Source: Catajapyx aquilonaris (Eukaryota). Taken from it: a stretch of 59,128 bases of DNA. Shown here in pieces: positions 53,720-59,128 of this stretch. Made by a program: the position numbers and the translations under genes. Below the pieces are notes generated by a model, which had not been told where the DNA came from, searched no databases, and saw only the letters and a program-made list of their open reading frames with translations. Every line of letters starts with the position of its first letter. Positions within the stretch are counted from its first letter, which is position 1. The stretch spans positions 1 through 59,128 of the forward strand of contig JYFJ02002323.1 of NCBI GenBank assembly GCA_000934665.2, read 5' to 3'.

Positions 53720-54055
53720 GAATAGAAATAGTGCAATTTTCTCAAAAAAGAAAAAAAAAAGAGAAAAAGCGATCCTAGAGAGGGAAAGCCAATGCTAAAA
53801 TCAACCATCTGTTTCCATTCCAACCCCGGAGTGGTTGCCAGTTATGGCCTTCACCCTAGTACATCCCCCCCCCCCCNNNNNNNCCTGGAAGACCTTTTGG
53901 AGGGGGCTCCAAATGGCAATAACCCCAGGGTTTTGAGCATCGTGGAACCCCCAAGACTCCTGATTTGTGCTAATGGTGCTTCCTTTTACATAGCCTTCTG
54001 CACTGATTTTTGTTTTTTTCTCTAGTTTTTTGAGGAAATTGTTGTAGTTTCTGTC
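53720..54055. mobile_element. Old, diverged palindromic element spanning an N gap
   Basis: AGAAATAGTGCAATTTTCTCAAAAAA / TTTTTTGAGGAAATTGTTGTAGTTTCT, with weaker inner pairs. Confidence 0.45.
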
Positions 54056-54686
54056 GTACTTATCCTAAAATTACAATGTTACAGACTACTAAAAGTCCTT
54101 GTACATGGTGTTTCAACATGATATTCTTCTCTTAGTGTATATTATAATTAGTTACAGAATAATGTTCTGAATCCAAAATATGAAGTACGACTTTGTGAGA
54201 AACATTTGTGGAGCATTTAAAGGTAAATGTACCTACTAAAATGTTATTTTTTAACCAGCGATATCAACATGGCGTCTGATTATTGATCGAAAAGGAGACA
54301 CATAACAGTGGAATATTATGCATTCAAGTTCATAAGGCAGCGCTGACTCACCTCCTTATCTGAATGCCGCCCACTATCCCAACCCAAACGGACATGTGCG
54401 GTGTTGTCATGCTGCCACGTGTGTGATAATTTCTGAAGGACTTTCTGTGCATCAAATGCAATCTATATTATTAATACCAGACTGTGATGGAAACTCCTTC
54501 CGCACCGTACAGCCTACAGCGTTGGGAGTGGTCTCAAAATTTAGCCCGCGTTGTCTAGATCTGCAATAAACTTTTGTCTTTTGGATATAGTGCCCAGGGA
54601 CTTTGTAAAACGCAAATTACCAGAAAAGTGGGAAAACGCCAGTTGCACGGAATTCCCCATGCGGCCGCGGCCGCTCAGGACCCCAC

Positions 54687-54695
54687 CTCTCTCTC

Positions 54696-54741
<46 letters not shown>

Positions 54742-54754
54742 TCTCTCTCTCTCT
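54687..54754. repeat. (CT)n microsatellite
   Basis: Direct tandem repeat. Confidence 0.95.
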
Positions 54755-55773
54755 GGCATTTTTTGTCCAAATTTTGGCAAGTTGGTGCCTAGTTAATCAT
54801 ATATATTAGTTATCAAAAGTGCTGAAAAGTATTAAATATGTACAAGTCAGTTTTGAACGACAGATGTCAGCGCTTCCATGAGCACAACTCTTGCCATCTC
54901 TTGCACATATCACGAACATGCTGAAGTATTGTACTGTACACCCTTGTTAAGGCCTGCACCTCTGGACGTCATGTCGTTCCTGAGAGTGTGCTTGATTCAC
55001 CTTTAGTGTTACAGCACCGGCTGTTTTGCATCCCTCCTGCCCTGAGTCATTTCTATCCGTCTGTACCAAACGACGACGTAGGGACCACCTTGGTAAACCG
55101 GCGCACTAAAACTTGATATAAAAGCGCTCTTTTCCTCCCATATTTTCCACACACCCCGGAACGCACCTGGCAAAATGGTGCAGAGAGACGTTCTCTATTT
55201 TACACTTGGCGCCGTAGGTTTCCTTTGTGTAAAAATGCGACGCGTATACGGACGAGGGTGTAATGTTGAGGCAGCTCCCAGTAGTACCCAACCTTCGGCT
55301 CTTTCCACGTGTGTTCATTACAGAGCGGAATGAGAAGTTTACAGCTCTCTCTGCAGTTCTTATAAACAATTGGAACTCAAGTGCAGACACGGAAACGTCC
55401 ATAAATTGCGAAACTTGCGCGACACTGAAATGAAGAGGATGAGGCACGAAGCACTTTTTCTGGTCTCATGTTGTCACTCACTTTCATGGCGGAAAATGGA
55501 ATTTCAGCGCCTGCAGAAACACCACACAGCGTTACGTGCATCGGAGAATTTTTTATGCCTCCAAGTTTATGAGTTGTATGGTCTTCTCAGTTTATTCGCG
55601 ATTATACTCGTATGCTTGACATTTGAAAAGGTGCATAATTTACAAGAATACAAAAATAATGTCATTCGTCAATATTTTGTGTATATACACTGTACTATCG
55701 GGTTCAAATACTTTTGGCCACCTTATCCTGGTCTTGAAGCAACCCTTCACACAGATCCCACGTTAAGGAGGTG

Positions 55774-56375
55774 TTCTTGTCTTCAATAAGGTGTGGGGAC
55801 GGAAACAGGTGTGTTACTGTAACTCTGGGGACGTTGACCCAATTGTGGGGACATTTTAGGTCCCCACAGGGCCAAACAGCTTCACACACGAAAATATTAC
55901 CGTTACAGTGGGGACATGTCCCCACTATTTCGTTTTGCACGGTATCACAAAAGTCCATTTCTCTCATCCTTGGTTAGTTAGGGTAGGGTAGGGTAGGGTA
56001 GGTTAGGTTAGGTTAGTTTACACTCGCTTTGAAAAGTTGTCTTTTTCACGTCCTCACACCTTACTGAAAACAGGTCTGTTCAGATCTCGCATAGGGTCTG
56101 GGGACTAAGGTTGGTGTTTTGACTGTAGCTCTGGGGACATGCTCCAAATTGTGGGGACATTTCGCGTCCCCACAGCAAAAACGCATGGTGGGATACTGCT
56201 TCAGTGGGGACATGTCCCCACAATTTCGTTATGTAGGGTTTTGCAAAAGTCCCTTTTTCTCAGCCTAGGATAGGTAGGGTCGGGTTGGTTAGGTATGGTT
56301 AGGTTAGGTTAGATCAGTTTACACTCGCTTCGAAAATGTGTTTTTCTTGCCCCCACAGCCTATGGGGCGCAGGAA
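55774..56375. mobile_element. TG-flanked non-autonomous element: two ~310-bp tandem units with GTGGGGAC motifs and (GGTTA)/(GGGTA) tracts
   Basis: Units ~55790-56090 and ~56095-56360 align; imperfect terminal inverted match ending in TGTGGGG. Confidence 0.65.
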
Positions 56376-56388
56376 TGTGTGTGGGTGT

Positions 56389-56647
56389 GGGCGCGTATTG
56401 CTATCCTTGTGAGGAATTTTTGACGCGTTTTTCCTATTCTTGTGAGGAATTTTGTCATTACGAGGTAGTTTTCCTGTACCTCATAGTGAACACGCGCCTC
56501 ACAAGGATAGGGTAAAATCGAAAAATACCTCATAAAGACAGTAAAAATATATATCACCAAAATTTCGTGTGTTTCCTTGTAGGTTAGGTTAGGTTAGTTT
56601 TAAATTTTAAATTTTGGAAAAACCTCACAAGGATAGGAATGCGCGCC
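56389..56647. mobile_element. TG-microsatellite-flanked MITE with an internal (GGTTA)n tract
   Basis: GGCGCGTATTGCTATCCTTGTGAGG / CCTCACAAGGATAGGAATGCGCGCC; TG repeats on both sides; repeated internal TTGTGAGG motifs. Confidence 0.75.
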
Positions 56648-57066
56648 TGTGTGTGTGTGTGAAAGGTTGCTTCAAGACCAGGATAAAGTGGCCAAAAGTA
56701 TTTTAACCCGATAGTACATGGTTATCCAACACGATATGCTGAACACGAATATTATAACCTTGTGTCAATCTAAGCTTCATGTGTCCTAATTATTATTATG
56801 AGAGCAATATATTATTGCAGGAAAGCATTAAGATTCAACTGGAAAGTAGCCTGTCGCAGTATTCCACACTACCATTGACAATACAAAAAGTGTAGGCTCC
56901 CTATCCAAATATCAAGCAAGACCTTTGTCAATCGGTCATTTTTGACATATTGTCAATATATACCCAATTACCAGCTAGGTTGACTAATGGCCCGTCACCT
57001 ACACCTTCCCTTCAGCCATTTTGGCTACAAATGGTGATTCATAATATTGTCGAATTGTTGTATATT

Positions 57067-57411
57067 TATTTTACTTGCCCCATTGGGAGAATCATCGCTC
57101 CTTTAGGGGGGTGGAACACTGCCATTTTTCCATCACTATTTTCTGAATTTTTCTTTGAACACCATACAAGGGAGAAAGGATCGTGGGGAAGGGAATGGGG
57201 ATTTTTTTGGAGAGGGGACGCGGGTGCAAGTGCAATGTCTCAAACTGGGCCATATGCAGTCCCCCAGGAGGTTAGGTTGCCAGACACTTCCAAGGCGCGG
57301 ATCAGAAACCCTCCTAACGCAGGGGAAAGGGAACTCCTGGGCGGGGATCGAACCCGGGACCTTTCGCTCAGCAAGCCGAGACGTTACCATCTCGCCCACT
57401 GCAGCTCCCCG
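57067..57411 (-). mobile_element. tRNA-derived SINE family A
   Basis: A/B boxes on the minus strand, shared body, imperfect TSD ATT[G/A]TTGTA[T/C]ATT. Confidence 0.9.
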
Positions 57412-57519
57412 CATTATTGTACATTAAATTACGCGTGACCATTTGCGGGCACAAAATCGTAAGTTGGAACAGCTGTGTAAGTCTCAATTTAAGTAAATTG
57501 TAAGTTGCATTTCATAATA

Positions 57520-57722
57520 CACCAACATTGCCTTCATCCTCCAAGGATAGGGAAGGAAGGAAGCGGCTGTGGCCTGTTATACGGAAGCGACCCCGGAATT
57601 ATCCTAGAAAGACAGTGGAAACCCACAGAAAACCACTTCAAGGTTGCCGGCCCCGGGATTAGAACCCAGGACCTCCCAATTAGCAGTCGGACGCCTTATC
57701 CACTATGCCAACCTGCTTCGGT
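57520..57722 (-). mobile_element. SINE subfamily B2
   Basis: Aligns with 40470-40667, including the diagnostic GCGACCCCGGAATTATCCTAGAAAGAC and CCTCCAA[A/G]GATAGGG. Confidence 0.88.
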
Positions 57723-58947
57723 AGCTAGGCACACTGTCCAGAAGCAATTTGGGCTGTCATTTGAGACTCATTTTCAGACAACCCCAACCTGCAAACCACT
57801 GCTGTGGCTGGCCGTACTAACGTGTGTGGCTAGTTTCAATTGCCAACCATTACCATATTATACTTCACACTATTATACAAGGTTTTATACGCTAAAACTT
57901 TAAAGTACTCTATATAACAATCACAATTTATTATTTCGATGGAATAGTTTGATTTTCAATTTTGTAAAAAAAAGGAGGGACACGGTATACAGCACACGTA
58001 TTAGTAGGCTATGTACAGTACTATTATTGTTATAGGCCAGCATGTTAAATGCTCATTAGTTCTCGTAACTGTTATATTCCTCACTATCCTCAGTACACTG
58101 TATACAATATTGTCAAGGTACTGCACATTCTCACGGATATATTATAGGGCCTACCAAAATAGGATGAAAAATCTGAGGCGAAGTCACAGATGATTCTTTT
58201 GTCCAGACGAGATGAGAAATCGATTTATGCGGATGAAAGGGACGCAATTCTCTTTCATATGACATGCTTATTTTCTGCACGAACTAAAAAATGTCCTCAT
58301 CAGGAAAATACCAATTCATGCATGCTTTGTCATCGTAAGCCTTATTGGCTCTTTGGTACATATGGCATTCGTCACACATTGGCCAGATTTGTCCATATAT
58401 TCATGTAACTTATACTGTATTAGGAATATTTATGAACTGACACTAAGAGGAAAATTTCTGATTATTTAAGATTTAATATTGTGAAGTCTGTTATATCCGA
58501 ATTCAACTGCATTAGATGAAAAAGTGGAACTCAGGTTTTAAATAAAAGGGCAAATCAATAAGTAACGCACAATAGTTTCTTTGAGCCCAGTTTAATGTCA
58601 ATTACTAATGTTTCATAGGTGACAGCAAGGAACAATCTTTGGCTATTTTTCAACATATGCCGTTTCTGTTGATGCATTTGTCCCACCATGCCACAAGGTT
58701 AAAGATGCCACGATTTTAGAGCTCCGTTTTTTGTCAAGGCCTTTTTTACAAGGGAGCAAAGAGACTAAAGTCGCTCGATGTCAGGTCAGGTCAGTACACA
58801 ATTCTGTATGAGGGTGTTCCCATACACTTTTGTCATGTCCGTGTGATTTTGGGTGGGCTCTGCCTTTCGCCCACAAAAAAAACTCACAGCAGTTTATTGC
58901 GCAATAAGCGTGGATCAGCCCACGGACACTTATACTACGTTCTGGCG

Positions 58948-59128
58948 TTATCACCTGCCGAGGGATTACGCACCGGGTGGCCACTTGAGATCGCTACGAG
59001 ACATTTCCCAAGGCTATCATGTGGCGACCCTACCGGACTAAGGCTGAACTTTACGGGTACGAAGGGGAGGGCTACATGCTGGCCCAATATGGCCGCCGGC
59101 GGCCATGTTGGGCCCCCCAATGTAGCCC
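58948..59128. mobile_element. Second copy of the 38076-38361 palindromic family, cut by the window edge
   Basis: Shares GTGGCGACCCTACCGGACTA, GCTGAACT and ATGGCCGCCGGCG.CCATGTTGGG. Confidence 0.8.

Larger units (their letters stand above)
55695..56714. mobile_element. TA-flanked MITE with ~58-bp TIRs enclosing two TG-flanked elements
   Basis: TA|CTATCGGGTT[C/A]AAATACTTTTGGCCAC[C/T]TTATCCTGGTCTTGAAGCAACC[C/T]TTCACACA at both ends, inverted. Confidence 0.85.

Noticed and set aside
53871..53882. N runs in C/G homopolymers (also 1494, 34105)
   Set aside because: Assembly uncertainty rather than biology; a caveat for indel and palindrome calls.

Overview
Animal genomic DNA, probably arthropod-like (inferred from (TTAGG)n tracts, a locust-Lm1-like SINE core and an insect-type SmD3 C-terminus). 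It is AT-rich and I found no intact protein-coding gene; almost all ORF-track entries are noise or translated repeats. The one recognisable protein is an unprocessed, intron-retaining pseudogene of spliceosomal SmD3 (40913-43410, +), with lost ATG and three frameshifts. Its large intron also holds unexplained antisense exon-like blocks. A probable promoter plus non-coding first exon of an unidentified minus-strand gene lies at about 7077-7560, with a second exon-like block at 3685-3790. The rest is a dense mosaic of non-autonomous mobile elements: several tRNA-derived SINE families with swapped modules, many palindromic MITEs (Tc1/mariner-, piggyBac-, Harbinger-, EnSpm- and P/hAT-like ends), a Helitron, LTR relics and microsatellites. 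Most notable patterns: (i) SINE 3' tails that keep a CCCC-hairpin-GGGG fold while the inner stem sequence is completely different between copies; (ii) strong over-representation of TAGGCCTA/TAGGCTA and TAC[A/T]GTA, seen as insertions at TA relative to sibling repeat copies, i.e. probable excision footprints; (iii) TG-microsatellite-flanked elements carrying telomere-type (GGTTA)n; (iv) a 53-bp perfect-palindrome insertion with an 8-bp TSD. I see no clear evidence for a new multi-gene system. All coordinates and counts were made by eye, and the ends of old repeats are approximate.
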